Part shown: piece after piece, positions 33,892 to 45,827 of the stretch
How positions within the stretch are numbered: position 1 is the first letter of the stretch
Layout: the number at the start of each line of letters is the position of its first letter
NCBI GenBank assembly: GCA_963713605.1
Contig: CAVQMO010000015.1
Span: 64,001 to 128,000 of the forward strand
From: an uncultured Nitrososphaerales archaeon
GTDB lineage: Archaea > Thermoproteota > Nitrososphaeria > Nitrososphaerales > Nitrososphaeraceae
Direction of reading: 5' to 3'
DNA length: 64,000 nt
Program-made: the position numbers and the translations under genes
The notes under the pieces: generated by a model
The model's database searches: none
What the model saw: the letters and a program-made list of their open reading frames with translations, nothing else
What the model was told of the DNA's origin: nothing

Positions 33892-34443
33892 TCATATCTT
33901 CTCTGCTAACTTGTGGCTGTTTACGAATTCTTCTAGTTTCTTTAATGTCTCAAGATGTAGATGATGCTCTATTCCCTCAGCGTCTTCATTAGCGATATCG
34001 TTTTGAACGCCAATCATTTTAAAAAAGTCTGAGAGGATTCCATGTCTCTTGTGCATGGCTTTGGCCACTTCTATTCCCTTTTCTGTGAGGCTCATTCCTC
34101 TGTATTTTTCGTATCTGAGGAATCCTTTCTCATCAAGCTTCTTCATCATACTTGTGACACTAGGCGAAGAAACATTGAGATAATCAGAAATATCAACGGT
34201 TGTTGCATAACCCTTCTGACGGACAAGTTCGTAGACTACTTCGAGATAGTCTTCCATTCTGTCTGTGCGGCTCCCTCTTACTATTCTATTGGCGTCACGA
34301 ATGGATGCAAGCCTTTTGCCTGAAGCTTGGGTTCTCTGCAGTAACTGACTCTCATGATTGTCTATTGATTCGGTCTTTGAGAAATTTCCATCACCGTTTT
34401 GATCATTATCCATCAAAACATTGCCCCCATCACTATCATACAA
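33892..34443 (-). CDS. mntR: DtxR/MntR metal-dependent regulator
   Basis: MEDYLEVVYEL; VSSPSVTSMMKKL; RHGIL..F; DAEGIEHH. Confidence 0.92.
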   Translation of the reverse strand: MYDSDGGNVLMDNDQNGDGNFSKTESIDNHESQLLQRTQASGKRLASIRDANRIVRGSRTDRMEDYLEVVYELVRQKGYATTVDISDYLNVSSPSVTSMMKKLDEKGFLRYEKYRGMSLTEKGIEVAKAMHKRHGILSDFFKMIGVQNDIANEDAEGIEHHLHLETLKKLEEFVNSHKLAEKI

Positions 34444-35860
34444 GTAGGCCTGTAAGATACATTATCAAAAGGCCTGTAATAAATCCAGCTATGACATGTC
34501 CTGATAAGAAAGATGATGATGTTCCGGATTTTTGGTGATGGGAAATCCAAGAAATTAATGAATATACTACCTGGAATATTGCTCCAGCTCCCACTGACAA
34601 AAATATAACTGCTGCTATTGGAGAATAAAGAAAACCACCTATCCAGGTTCCGGCTATTGTTGGTACTCCTGCAATCAATCCCATCATAACTAATCTTCTA
34701 ATCATCATGCGCCTACTTCTTTCTATTTTTGCAATGGGGGCAACTATGGCCAATCCTTCAGTAGTGTTGTGCAGAGTAAAACCAACTATTAGAAACGTAC
34801 TTAGTGCGACTTCGCCAAGAAGCATGGCAGCCCCTATTGCCAACCCTTCACCAAAATTGTGCAGCCCTATTCCAATTGCTATCATCATCGATATAGTCAG
34901 GGGTTTGAGTAGTTGCTGATACCTCTGCATTTGTATCTGTACTTCCTGGGTTGAGGAAGAAGATACCTTCGCAGATTTACTGTAAATTTCGCCCTCCTGT
35001 TTTTCTATAATGGATTTCTCCGGTTTCTTTACTAGTTCTTTGACAGAAGAAGACGAAGCCAAAGAATGACTATTCTTATTCAATACAGCCCTTTCTATGG
35101 CTCTTTGCGTTAGTCGCTCAGAAGTATAAAGTAAGATAACAAATGAGGAGATTGTTACCAGTACACTTAACGCCTGACCATTGAATACAGCGGCCAAATT
35201 CTGATTGACAATTTCGTTGACTTCTAGCAGAGCATCAATACCCAGAAACACAAGTAATCCTGCAGTAAGACTGAGGAAAAAGCTGTACTTACCCACACTT
35301 ATTCTACGTATATATGGATACCACATAAGACCGATCATTACTGGAATCACGCCAACATATACACCCAAGGATGTAAATAGTAGTGCCTGATTTGCATCGG
35401 GACTCGGTGCCAGGGCAGCTGCTTCTACGCTTTTGCTAAACCTGGTTCCATCAGAGGTGGTTATGCCAATTTCATATGGTGTACCAGGGATCCAAGGAAA
35501 TGGAATCATCGCTGTGGCTTCACCAAGCCTCGGGATCTTACTACTTGGTTCTATTGCAGCAGGCTGGATTCGGTCATTGACATCGGCCTGTGATACAACT
35601 ACTTCCAAAGGACCGGTGTTACGTATAGATGCTAATATCTGATTATCATGAAATTCGATCTTCTCAATAGTAACCTGTGGTAGTGGGATTCCTGTATTTA
35701 TTAGGGACTGCCCGTACGGACTAAGTAAGAATATAATCATCCCTCCCAGGTACTACGATCGGGATAAATGCTAGAATCATAGGGGCTTTCTGGGAAATGC
35801 GTTTGCCAGCCTTGGCATTTTTATCCTCACTTAACAATTTCGGCAACCACTCCCAATCAT
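34436..35860 (-). CDS. ZIP-family metal transporter with an N-terminal extracellular domain (frameshift near 35745; start approximate)
   Basis: IGLHNFGEGLAIG; LHNTTEGLAI. Confidence 0.9.
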
Positions 35861-35881
35861 ACTAGTTGCGTAACTTGACAA

Positions 35882-37063
35882 TTACAATCGACCCCCATCA
35901 ATTTCTGGCGCTCTAGTGACAAAAGAGTTATTGAGGGTATCATAGAAGGGACTATTGTCTATCCGACTTGAGTTCTGAGTTGCGCTCTTGTCATTTACAA
36001 AGAATGTACCCATCCAACCCTTCTCTGCAAACTCTGTTTTATGTGCATGAAACATATACTTTCCTGGATATTTGTATTCGAACTCCATTATTCCTCTTTC
36101 ACCTTGATTCAAACTAACGATATCGGTCAATTCGTCAGGTTGAAGATTTGTTCCGCTTGGATAGTAATTGAACATGTTTGCATGTAGGTGAAGATTGTTA
36201 AGTGGGTCAAATTCCAGCATATTTACCAGATATATTCTTACTGGCTTATCCTTTTCAATCTGTATTGGATGGTGCATGTAATAATATGGTATTCCATTCA
36301 CAGTGTAGAAATTATTCTCAGTATCAAAATCAGTATCGTATCCATTCATAACCATGACCATTTCGTCTGCAGGGGGTCGAGGTGTTTTGGGATCAACTAT
36401 ATAGACCCCATAAAGGCCATGAGCAATATGTTCTTCTAATGGTGTCATATGACAATGATACGGAAAAACACCGAAAGGTTCTGCAACAAATTCGTACATG
36501 AATTTTCCCCCTGGCGAGATCATTTCGAAAACTCCATCCATTTCAGCAGGATGAATACCATGAGTATGAAGAGAGTGGGGCATTGATCCGTTGTTAACAA
36601 AGTTTATTCTTACAATATCTCCTTCAGTAGCCCTAATCGTGGGACCTGGAACTGTCCCGTTAAATGTCCATACGTTGTAAAATACGCCAGGAGACACTTC
36701 TTTGACTAATTGGTCTGATGCTACTAGTGTGAATTCTCTCAACGTTGTGCCGTTAGGAAGCGTTGATACTCTACCATAATTGAACTCACGGAGGTATTTA
36801 TCTGGATCAACTACTGAATTCCGAGAATCAACCACTTGTTCAATTGGATCTATGATTGTCCCTGAAGTGTCCCCGATAGGATAGCCAGGTACGTGGCCAC
36901 CTATTGAGGAGGCTGAACTGTTCGTTCTAGTGATGACTGTATCGCTGCTGCCACTCGAACTATTCAATATGAAATCTTTATACACGCTTGAAATTACACC
37001 TATAACGACAATTGAGCTCCCAATAACGGATAGAAGTCCAATTAATTGTAAATGCCTGGACAC
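35882..37063 (-). CDS. Two-domain multicopper oxidase (type-1 Cu site in domain 1, axial Leu)
   Basis: HSLHTHG; YHCHMTPLEEHIAHGL; HLHAN; FHAH. Confidence 0.92.
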   Translation of the reverse strand: MSRHLQLIGLLSVIGSSIVVIGVISSVYKDFILNSSSGSSDTVITRTNSSASSIGGHVPGYPIGDTSGTIIDPIEQVVDSRNSVVDPDKYLREFNYGRVSTLPNGTTLREFTLVASDQLVKEVSPGVFYNVWTFNGTVPGPTIRATEGDIVRINFVNNGSMPHSLHTHGIHPAEMDGVFEMISPGGKFMYEFVAEPFGVFPYHCHMTPLEEHIAHGLYGVYIVDPKTPRPPADEMVMVMNGYDTDFDTENNFYTVNGIPYYYMHHPIQIEKDKPVRIYLVNMLEFDPLNNLHLHANMFNYYPSGTNLQPDELTDIVSLNQGERGIMEFEYKYPGKYMFHAHKTEFAEKGWMGTFFVNDKSATQNSSRIDNSPFYDTLNNSFVTRAPEIDGGRL

Positions 37064-37072
37064 ATTAATATA

Positions 37073-37111
37073 TTTATTAGATGCCTTAATAAATGTTAGC
37101 AGTATCTAACA
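37073..37111. promoter_or_regulatory. Tandem palindromes, candidate DtxR/MntR operator
   Basis: TTTATTA-GATGCCT-TAATAAA and TGTTAG-CAGTAT-CTAACA, directly upstream of the MCO start. Confidence 0.65.
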
Positions 37112-37557
37112 CAGATAAAAAGGCACATAATTGTTGTGTTATGTCACAAAGATACAAGATATAATGAAATTTAACGGTCATATAATGTGTGCTGAATTGA
37201 ATGAAAAGAACGTGACGACCATCTGTCTGTACCTGTCTGTACTGATCTAACTGATCTATTGCGCGGTTTGCCATTGGTAATTGAAATTGATCCCAAATTC
37301 TTTTCTACTTGGGATTTCGCTAAAATGCAATAATCATTGCACTTGAATTACTGAGTCTTTAATACACAAACACGATAATTAATCTAGCGCGCCAGCGAAT
37401 CTGAAGAAAGGACATAATAATATTCAAAAATATTCCTTTACTTAATAGGTAGAATTGATATTTACATTCTAAAAATACAAATAGACACTAGAAGTAAACA
37501 AGACTGCCCCAGATTCTTATATAGGAATAAACTACAGGGGTTGTTAGAAGATATACC

Positions 37558-38298
37558 TTGCAGAAAAATTTGTTAATTGTGGGAGTTGGACCTGGTTCCA
37601 GACAATATTTAACTTGCGTTGCTATTGACGCTATCAAGAAGTCCAAGTATATAATCGGATACAAATACACATTGGACACCGTAGAGAGTTTAATCGATAA
37701 GACTAGACAGGAGGTTTATCATATAACGATGCAGAATCAAGAATCGATATATCAAGATGTTTACAATAAAATGAAAGATGGAGAATATTGTGCTGTACCT
37801 TTTACTGGAGATGCCAACTTTTCTGAATCAGAAGTTGTTGATCGATTACTGGAGATTTTTGGAGATAAAACTGTTGAGATCATTCCTGGAATAAGCTCTA
37901 TCCAAGTTGCTTCTTCTAAATCCAAGATACCGTTAGATAAATCATATGTACTTTCGTTTCATGTTTCTGGCGATATAGAAGAAAAGAAGAAAGAATTGAT
38001 CAATGCAATAACGGATAAGAAAAGTGTGATTTTGCTTCCTCGTCCTTGGCCTAATGATCTTTCAAAGAATTTCATGCAATCAGACATTGTCAAATTCCTT
38101 AAACTTAATGGAGTAGATACTTCCACTCTGAAAGTATGGGTTTTTGAATACCTTACCAAATACAGTAAAGAAACTATTTTCAGGGGAAAAGCAAGCGATC
38201 TAGAAGAAATGAGCTTCAATCCCTTATCGGTAATGGTAATAGATCAAAATAAGAGACATACGTACAGAGATTTTGATTCACCAGAAAAAGATAACTAG
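37558..38298 (+). CDS. cbiE: Precorrin-6Y C5-methyltransferase (decarboxylating) subunit
   Basis: IVGVGPGS..YLT; TGDANFSES; IIPGISSIQVA; VFEYLT. Confidence 0.85.
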   Translation: MQKNLLIVGVGPGSRQYLTCVAIDAIKKSKYIIGYKYTLDTVESLIDKTRQEVYHITMQNQESIYQDVYNKMKDGEYCAVPFTGDANFSESEVVDRLLEIFGDKTVEIIPGISSIQVASSKSKIPLDKSYVLSFHVSGDIEEKKKELINAITDKKSVILLPRPWPNDLSKNFMQSDIVKFLKLNGVDTSTLKVWVFEYLTKYSKETIFRGKASDLEEMSFNPLSVMVIDQNKRHTYRDFDSPEKDN

Positions 38299-38316
38299 AA
38301 TGGTTCTTGATAACAG

Positions 38317-39984
38317 TTGAAAAAATTGACTGACCATAGTAAAAATAAAAAGCCATTCTATGATATCTTCACAGAGGAAGAAAGAACTGTACTTCAATCG
38401 CATTTTTCAAACACTGACAAGAACATTTTCGCCATTATTACACCTAAACAAGTTGATAGAGGAGCATTAATGTCTAGATACTCTAGAACAGATAAGACTA
38501 TGAGACGAGTATTTTTGGACGAATTCATTTGTAATCCTAATCGAGGTAAAGAATTTTATGATAGAGTATTGTTAGAATATGGAGATGATTCAGTAGCAGA
38601 ATTAGGGGAAGCTCAAATTGCAATAGAGTGGATTTCAAATATTGCGGCCAAGAAACTTGAGGACCGCAGGATTGGGTTATCTTACCTAGAGAAATCGTCT
38701 CGATATGTAGCATTGGATCAAAAGATTAGGGGTAAGTACAAATATTATCGTGAGGAGCTTATTATGTCTTCCAAATTCTCTGACAAATATATTCAGGCAT
38801 GCGACCATGCCTTTGATCTATATTCTAAGAATATCAGTTCAATGCAGAAATATCTTGAAGAGATTGAACCTATTGAAAAATTCTACTTCTTTGATTCCAA
38901 TACAAAACGCGATATATCGTACAGCAATCTGAGAGAGTCTAAAGATATAGAGTCGGCCAATAGAATCTATCGATTAACCATTAAAGCCAAGTCCTTGGAC
39001 ATATTACGAGGCATTTTGCCAGCGTCAACACTCACTAATATTGGTATCACTGGTAATGGCAGGGCATTTGAATACCTATTATCTATGATGTTCGCATCAG
39101 ACTTGAGCGAATTAAGGAATTTAGCAAGTCAACTACATGACGAGCTTGACAAGATTATTCCTTCATTCGTAAGACGAGCAAATGATGAAAAATATGGCAA
39201 ACTATTACAAGAATACTTCATAAGTACGAGAAACGCTATAACCAAACTCTCCGAACTCCATTTAAAGAATATCCAAGTAAATAGGAATCCTGAGACTATT
39301 AATTTACTCGAATTTCCCGATAATTTTGAAGGTGAAGTCAAAGTCGCAGCAGCCATATTATATGAATTTGCTAAAGGGCAGTCATTGGAGAGCATCATCA
39401 AATATGTACGATCTCTCAAAAATAACGAGCGCATAAGTATAATACGAATGTATACAAAATTTCGGTCCAATAGAAGGCATAGACCAGGTAGAGCATTCGA
39501 GATGGTTGATTATACATTTGAACTGCTTACTAATTTTGGTATGTTTCGTGACTTGCATAGGCATAGACTTCTTACGATTGAAAGACAATTGCTTTCTACT
39601 AAACACGGTTATGATATACCACAGGAGATTGTAGATTTAGGGATCCCTAAGGAATTTAAAGATTGTATGTATGAATGTAACGACGTTTATGAGATACTAT
39701 CTAATCAGATGCCAGAACAAGCGCAATATGTAGTAAATTTTGCATTTAGATACCCATATTTTCTGAAAATCAACCTACGTGAAGCATGTCACATGATCGA
39801 ACTTAGAACCTTGCCCCAAGGACACGCAGACTATCGAAGTGTATGCCAACGGCTCTTTAAATACATAGAAGAAAAAAATCCTATTCTTGCAGAAGGAATA
39901 AAATTTGTGGATCTTACTACATATGGATTAGAACGGTTTACCACGGAGAAGAAAACAGAAAAAAAGATACAAGAGAAAACCTAG
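38317..39984 (+). CDS. thyX: FAD-dependent thymidylate synthase (double-domain)
   Basis: [43 protein letters not shown]. Confidence 0.92.
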   Translation: MKKLTDHSKNKKPFYDIFTEEERTVLQSHFSNTDKNIFAIITPKQVDRGALMSRYSRTDKTMRRVFLDEFICNPNRGKEFYDRVLLEYGDDSVAELGEAQIAIEWISNIAAKKLEDRRIGLSYLEKSSRYVALDQKIRGKYKYYREELIMSSKFSDKYIQACDHAFDLYSKNISSMQKYLEEIEPIEKFYFFDSNTKRDISYSNLRESKDIESANRIYRLTIKAKSLDILRGILPASTLTNIGITGNGRAFEYLLSMMFASDLSELRNLASQLHDELDKIIPSFVRRANDEKYGKLLQEYFISTRNAITKLSELHLKNIQVNRNPETINLLEFPDNFEGEVKVAAAILYEFAKGQSLESIIKYVRSLKNNERISIIRMYTKFRSNRRHRPGRAFEMVDYTFELLTNFGMFRDLHRHRLLTIERQLLSTKHGYDIPQEIVDLGIPKEFKDCMYECNDVYEILSNQMPEQAQYVVNFAFRYPYFLKINLREACHMIELRTLPQGHADYRSVCQRLFKYIEEKNPILAEGIKFVDLTTYGLERFTTEKKTEKKIQEKT

Positions 39985-40741
39985 GGATCTTCTTTTACTG
40001 GCAGTCAATACTAATTACTAAAATTCGTAATATTACGAATATCTCCTTCAAATTAGTAAAGCATTTAAGAAAGAATGTTTTGGAATATCTTCAGAGTAGG
40101 GATAGGGCTATTCTCTAACCCTTTGACAGGGTATAAGATCTCTTATGATAATTAAGCACATATATATAATGTGTGATTTTGGAATATAATATGGTGTGGA
40201 GAGACAGGAGCCGTTTTGTTCTTTTGTGCCATGATTTATTTTGCCTGTAAGATAACTAAGTTCCGGAATACCTTTTATGCAATTGCTTAGACTCTCTCTG
40301 AGTTGTAACAACCGATAACTTAATGGGACAACTGCTTGACTTAGGTATGGCGACCTGCTTACTGAGTCCACTTGGTCATCAGACCTATTCTTACTTGTAT
40401 TCGTCGTATTGATACTAACTATGTTTAAGAACATATTTCGTGTAATATTCAGCATATACTAGAATAAATCCTTAGGAGTTGTAGATATGAGCGATCACGA
40501 TCACTTTGATTCATCTAGTCAACCTGGAAATATTCTTCAATTCGTGTCCTTATTTTTGAGTTAGTTCAGATTAAAATTGTTTTAGGTCGGAATTAAAGCA
40601 GTCACTTTATTTCAAAATTTGAATCATATACCAACCGGATAACTATTTGGATCCTCAAGTTCAATATATCATAAACAGGCTCATGACTTACGTAGCATTT
40701 AGCTAAGATTATAACAAGCATATTTCATTCGTATTCTTGAG

Positions 40742-40873
40742 ATGAAATCTAAAACAGAATATCTAACCTTTAATACTCCAACAAGACGTGCGTATGTTAA
40801 TATTACTTCCAATTTGAGAAAAATAGTCGAAGAAAGCGGAATAAAGGAAGGACCTTGTTTGGTAAATGGCTAG
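40742..40873 (+). pseudogene. Truncated duplicate of the YjbQ 5' end including its promoter
   Basis: [58 protein letters not shown] upstream of both copies. Confidence 0.85.
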
Positions 40874-41133
40874 TTATGCATCGCTTTACTTGTTTTCCAG
40901 CACAAGCAAGTTATCATGACACCAGTTAAAAACAATAGCTCAAGGGCAGGAGTTCAATCCTCTAACTGCGAGGCGTTAAAAATTAAGATTTATCTCTTGT
41001 AATAAATTATGTGCTCAAACGGAGACACAGCATTCATCATGTTAAAAGCAAATTTGTGATTAAATAAGAGATAAATTGATTTGAATAAAATTAGGCTAAG
41101 ATTATAACAGACCTTATCATTGACTTAGACATA

Positions 41134-41553
41134 ATGAAATCCAAAACAGAATATCTAACCTTTAATACTCCTACAAGACGCGCATTTGTCAACATCACTC
41201 CGAATGTAAGGAGAATAGTTGAAGAAAGTGGAACAAAGGAAGGTTTTTGTTTGGTAGCTGCTATGCATATTACAGCTAGTGTTTTTATTAATGATAACGA
41301 AAGCGGACTGCATCAAGATTTTGATAAATGGTTAGAAAAATTGGCACCCCATGATCCGACAGATCAGTATGAACACAATGAAACAGGGGAAGATAACGCT
41401 GATGCACACTTAAAACGACAGATAATGGGTCGAGAAGTTGTAGTTGCGATTACAAATGGAAAACTAGATTTTGGCCCGTGGGAACAAATATTTTACGGAG
41501 AATTTGACGGCAGGAGAAATAAAAGAGTGATAGTGAAGGTAATTGGTGAGTAG
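41134..41553 (+). CDS. yjbQ: YjbQ/UPF0047 family protein
   Basis: [36 protein letters not shown]. Confidence 0.93.
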   Translation: MKSKTEYLTFNTPTRRAFVNITPNVRRIVEESGTKEGFCLVAAMHITASVFINDNESGLHQDFDKWLEKLAPHDPTDQYEHNETGEDNADAHLKRQIMGREVVVAITNGKLDFGPWEQIFYGEFDGRRNKRVIVKVIGE

Positions 41554-41817
41554 AAAACCTAGGACAGACCTTCAGATATCTAAGAGTACTGAGTAAACCT
41601 AGGTTTGCTTGTCTTGACTGACTTCAAGCCTAGCCTTTCTACTAAATCATCAAGAAATATTGTCGATGTTTGCAGTTATTTGGCGAGAGAGAAGATGATC
41701 TAAAGCCAGTCAGACATTGACGAAGAAGGGTAGGAGTTATTGGGCCTATGTTGATAGACGAGCTGATTCAACAAAGAACAAGAGGAGAGAGTCCCAACAG
41801 GTACTTCTATGCTACTA

Positions 41818-42135
41818 CTAATGATTATTGTTTCTCTTCCTTTTTAGTTCTACCAACACTTCATCAAGATATCGTTTGATGTCATCATCATCGATCGACG
41901 TCCTTATCCCCGTTTTGTCCTCCATGTAGTCCTTCGTCTTTTTGGAGAATCTTAATACCCTCCTCTGTATTTCTTGTTCCATTTCAGCGGTTCCGATAGC
42001 ATCCAGAAATTGTTGTGATTCTTTGAATGCTACTTGTCTGATAGTTCGACGCAATCGGGCGTCTTCAGACACAGATAATGCAGAGGAATAGATACCCAGA
42101 TAAAGCAAGTATGATGCTAATCCTACGAAGCACAC
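41818..42135 (-). pseudogene. C-terminal fragment of a thaumarchaeal membrane protein
   Basis: GLASYLLYLGIYSSALSVSEDARLR...IGTAEMEQEI; N-terminus missing. Confidence 0.55.
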
Positions 42136-42332
42136 AGTGACAAGACCGAATGGGGGGTTGAAGCATTGAAATTCATTTCTCCAACCTCAGTCATTTGATA
42201 TAATCCACGAGTATGATTATATTCAATCCAGTCCATGTCTATGAGAAATTCCACAATACCATTGATAAACCGGTTGTCATTATCGAACTCTTCTACTAAA
42301 CCTTCAACACTTCGACCGTCAACAAGTTTCAC
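42123..42332 (-). CDS. Small winged-helix-like hypothetical protein
   Basis: IVEFLIDMDWIEY...GLYQMTEVG. Confidence 0.45.
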   Translation of the reverse strand: MKLVDGRSVEGLVEEFDNDNRFINGIVEFLIDMDWIEYNHTRGLYQMTEVGEMNFNASTPHSVLSLCAS

Positions 42333-43131
42333 TAAAACATGCTTTGCTAATTCTAAAGCAATTGAAGTATTGATCCGAGTATTATATTCATCTATTGCCT
42401 ATCATCTTGCCCACCATTGTTATGGTATACAATTCCATCGGATTTAATTATATGATTATTAGTAACACTTAAGACTGCTGGTGTAAGATTTCAACTAATA
42501 TCCAATTTACGACATTAATTATAGCATATTGACTCCCATGGTTCATGATAACATGTAAATGGTCATAATCTTAACTTTTTACTGTCAAAAGACAGTGGTT
42601 GATGGGCGGGGCTACCAACTTGATCGCTCATGGGTTGAGATTGGACATTGCCATTTAATAATAAGAAATATTGAATAAAAGTATTATAAGTGTCGCCAGA
42701 CCTGGGTTAGACGATAAAATTGTTTTTAAAAAATTTGTTGTAAAAAATGGCAGCAGACTAATACTTGCTGCCGCCAACTTTATCGAGGTAATGTACGTTA
42801 AAGAGATTCTATTGTCGATGAACTAGATAATATTTATTTATGATAATAATGTCTTGCTCAAAGCTAACCATCGGCAAAACCAGCATTACGCAATTTTTTG
42901 TCTTCTCTTTCGGCACTTCGATGTTCATCAAGAGCTTCAATAGTACTGAAAATGGCGCCACATTCTTCGCATGTCAAAGGCTCACTCGAACCCATATTCC
43001 ACTTTTTCAAACATAATATTTAAACACTGACAATCTATTTGCTCAGTTCTTATTGGTCGAAGCAAGCATATGTTTGATTATAATTATGATCATTTAGATC
43101 TTAAAAAAAGAAAAATAGGGTGGTTTGAGTA

Positions 43132-43724
43132 TCAGTGTTCCGAACCCAATATTCCAGAAGCAGATAGTGTTTCGACAACTTTCTTCACTATTATTTCTAC
43201 TATTGCTTCGTCATCTTCTTCATCAATTGTGCTCTTCCCATCGTTACCATCATTCGAACCCAATGTATCGATAGACTCTTGTCAGTCTTCATTATTATCA
43301 TTTGAATCTGATGTCTCAAGCGTATCTCCAGTAGTTGTTGTCTCATCATCTTGCTCGTTACTCGAACTCTGTACTCCATCTTCATCATTAGATTCTGACG
43401 TTCCAACCAAGTCTTCAATGGTGTCAACCTTTTGCTCGTCGTTTGTGCTTTGTCCATCATTTTCTTCATGTCCGTCAGTTGAATCTGTGTCTTATACTTT
43501 GCTGGATGGTGTGTCTTGTCCGACTTCATCATCATTTGATGTCTCAGCATCGTCTTCGTCTATGGCATTATCATCTTGTTCTTCAGTTGCAGTTTCTCCG
43601 TCGCTAACTGGCAGTTGACCTTCTGAGTCGCCATCAATTGTACTGCACTATCATCATCATTATCTGAATTTGAGGTGCTAGTAGAGTCTTCATCATCTTG
43701 GTCTTCCCTTGTATATTTTGCCAT
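43132..43724 (-). pseudogene. Very acidic low-complexity protein with internal stops and a frameshift
   Basis: Minus frame reads D/E/S/T-rich (EEQDDNAIDEDDAE...) with two stops; the + strand Ser-rich ORF is its shadow. Confidence 0.55.
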
Positions 43725-44330
43725 TATACCATGAATATTGGAATTAATTTAATAAAAGAACTTCTAATACAAATTTATTAATGGCTCATATCAAATGACG
43801 GATGTTATCAGACTAAAAGTTAATGCTTCTAAGATATCATATGATAATTAAAACGATATAAAATCACCGAAATAAAATACTCATTCTAAAATTTGATCCA
43901 TTTTTCATGATAAACATGTTCTAAAAATTTAGAACAATACTGTCATAAGACTCGATCAAAACTTTAAATCTTTCACTTTAATTTGATATACTATATGCGA
44001 TGGGACCGGAAGAAAGAGAAAGACAGCTAGACGATCTGAGAAAGGAGATTGGTGGCAGACTTAATCCAGACGACGAGCAGGTGAAGGCTAGGATGAAAGA
44101 TCATTATCAGCAGCAATTTAAGCGATTGATGACGCTAAAGCAGCACACGAAAGAGGTGATTCCTCAAATGCGATGTGGCATGAAAGGCTGGCTAGTGAAG
44201 TACATGATATTATCAAATTACTAGAATAATCAAGAGTTATTTTTGCGGATTTTATTCAGGGGCTTGAAGGTATATGCTGTTATTCGATAAGCTTATTATC
44301 AAGGACTATTTCATCCACCTGTAGTCATTA

Positions 44331-44933
44331 TTGTCAGGTCTCTTAACCACAGAACGACTAAAGAGCTTTAGTGACTCTGTTCTTCTTGTCGCCATTACAA
44401 TACTGGCATATAATCTCGTCCCTCCATCAATTATGAATGGTGAAGTTAATCCAGATGAAATGAAGGATTTTTTTTATAACTTATACGGGCTCATAAGTAG
44501 CTTCATAGTGATTTCTGTTTTCTGGATTTTTTCCATGTATTTTTTTGACTATCTAAAGTATCCAACTGAAATCATTACACTGATCTTTGTAACCTTTTTT
44601 GTATTGATACTGATAACTCCAATTACTACCGTTGGAGAATTACAATATAGAAGGTGGGAAGCGGTAGCGGTCTTGTCATTATTACAAGTTTTTAATTCGA
44701 TGATGTTGATGTTATTATGGTGGCTTTTGGGAAAAAGTAAAAATCTACAAATTAAAGAACTCGACAATGGTACTAAGAAAAGAATGTACATTAGACTAGC
44801 TGTCATTCCATCTCTTTACATCATTTCGATTGGTCTGTCTTTCTTTAATTTTAACGTGGCAGTTATTTTCCCGAAAAAAAAGATAATGATTATTCGCTAC
44901 TGTACTACGACTGTACCTACTAAGAATGGATGA
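44331..44933 (+). CDS. TMEM175/DUF1211 family channel, C-terminus apparently truncated
   Basis: ERLKSFSDSVLLVAITIL; SFIVISVFW; 3' end overlaps the convergent cupredoxin gene. Confidence 0.8.
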   Translation: MSGLLTTERLKSFSDSVLLVAITILAYNLVPPSIMNGEVNPDEMKDFFYNLYGLISSFIVISVFWIFSMYFFDYLKYPTEIITLIFVTFFVLILITPITTVGELQYRRWEAVAVLSLLQVFNSMMLMLLWWLLGKSKNLQIKELDNGTKKRMYIRLAVIPSLYIISIGLSFFNFNVAVIFPKKKIMIIRYCTTTVPTKNG

Positions 44934-45373
44934 AGTGTGCAGAAGTAGGTATATTTTCCTGGTTCAGTGGGCATTGTTATGGGTTTACTTTGTTGATTTG
45001 CAGCAACATAACCTGAATCGAATTTACCGTCTGGAGTTGCTGTATCGGGGTTTCCAGAAGTAGCAGTATGAAGTGCATTGTCTTTATTATCCCAAATTAT
45101 TGTGCTACCAGGTGATACAGTTACAGTATCTGGTTCATAACCCCCTCCACTAGTCTTTGCTACTGAGCCTGCTGGCATTGCCACGGTAACTTGGCCTCCG
45201 CTAGCCCCGGTTGCATTTGTAGCATTTGTAGCATTGGAGCCTTGTGCAAAAGCATGAGATGGACCTATGAAAACGAGTGATACAATCGCTGCTATGAATA
45301 TCGCACTACACCCTGACTGCACTAGAGCCCTTTTATTTTTAAGGGTTGGTAATAACATGTCAGCTTGTTTCAT
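44897..45373 (-). CDS. Plastocyanin/azurin-like blue copper protein
   Basis: YEPDTVTV.PG..IIWDNKDNALHTATS; FDSG; YFCTLHPFL. Confidence 0.92.
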   Translation of the reverse strand: MKQADMLLPTLKNKRALVQSGCSAIFIAAIVSLVFIGPSHAFAQGSNATNATNATGASGGQVTVAMPAGSVAKTSGGGYEPDTVTVSPGSTIIWDNKDNALHTATSGNPDTATPDGKFDSGYVAANQQSKPITMPTEPGKYTYFCTLHPFLVGTVVVQ

Positions 45374-45827
45374 TCATGCAAGTAATAGATATTCCGAAAC
45401 AATGTTAACTTGTATTAAAAAAGGGAAGGCAGACGACAATGGTAAACATATGAAGCACTATTTTGTTCGTCGTCTGCCCTGAATTTTAGTATCAGCTTGT
45501 ATTCATTATACTACTCATTCCTCTAAGTCTGATCCCTTCCTAACTCGGCGAAGGGTAAGAGGTGACTTGTGACCTGTGAAAATAAACTCATGTCTATCAA
45601 CCAGGACCTCTATTATTACTATTCCAAGCCCACAGATCTTTTTTTATAATTTATTGTGTAAGTGGCCGCTGAATTACAGACATTCGCATGGTCTGCGGCG
45701 ACGACCTGCAGATTTAATGTCCATCTTCCTTCCAGGCCGTCCTACCTTTTCATTATTAGGAGTAACCTAGTTGCATTTTTCCTAATCTCTGCCAAGTATT
45801 AAGTACCGATTGTGAGTATTTTGAGAT

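Noticed and set aside
35882..37063. Calling the multicopper oxidase nirK
   Set aside because: HxH motifs in both domains fit a 2-domain oxidase with a trinuclear cluster, and the ZIP/DtxR context fits metal homeostasis.
40108..40455. 115-aa minus-strand ORF
   Set aside because: No motif and atypical composition; it cannot be supported as a gene.
40930..40975. TAGCTCAAG...GGAGTTCAATCCT resembling tRNA D- and T-arm motifs
   Set aside because: Far too short, with no anticodon arm or acceptor stem.
43070..43618. 182-aa Ser-rich + strand ORF
   Set aside because: Antisense shadow of the acidic minus-strand low-complexity gene.
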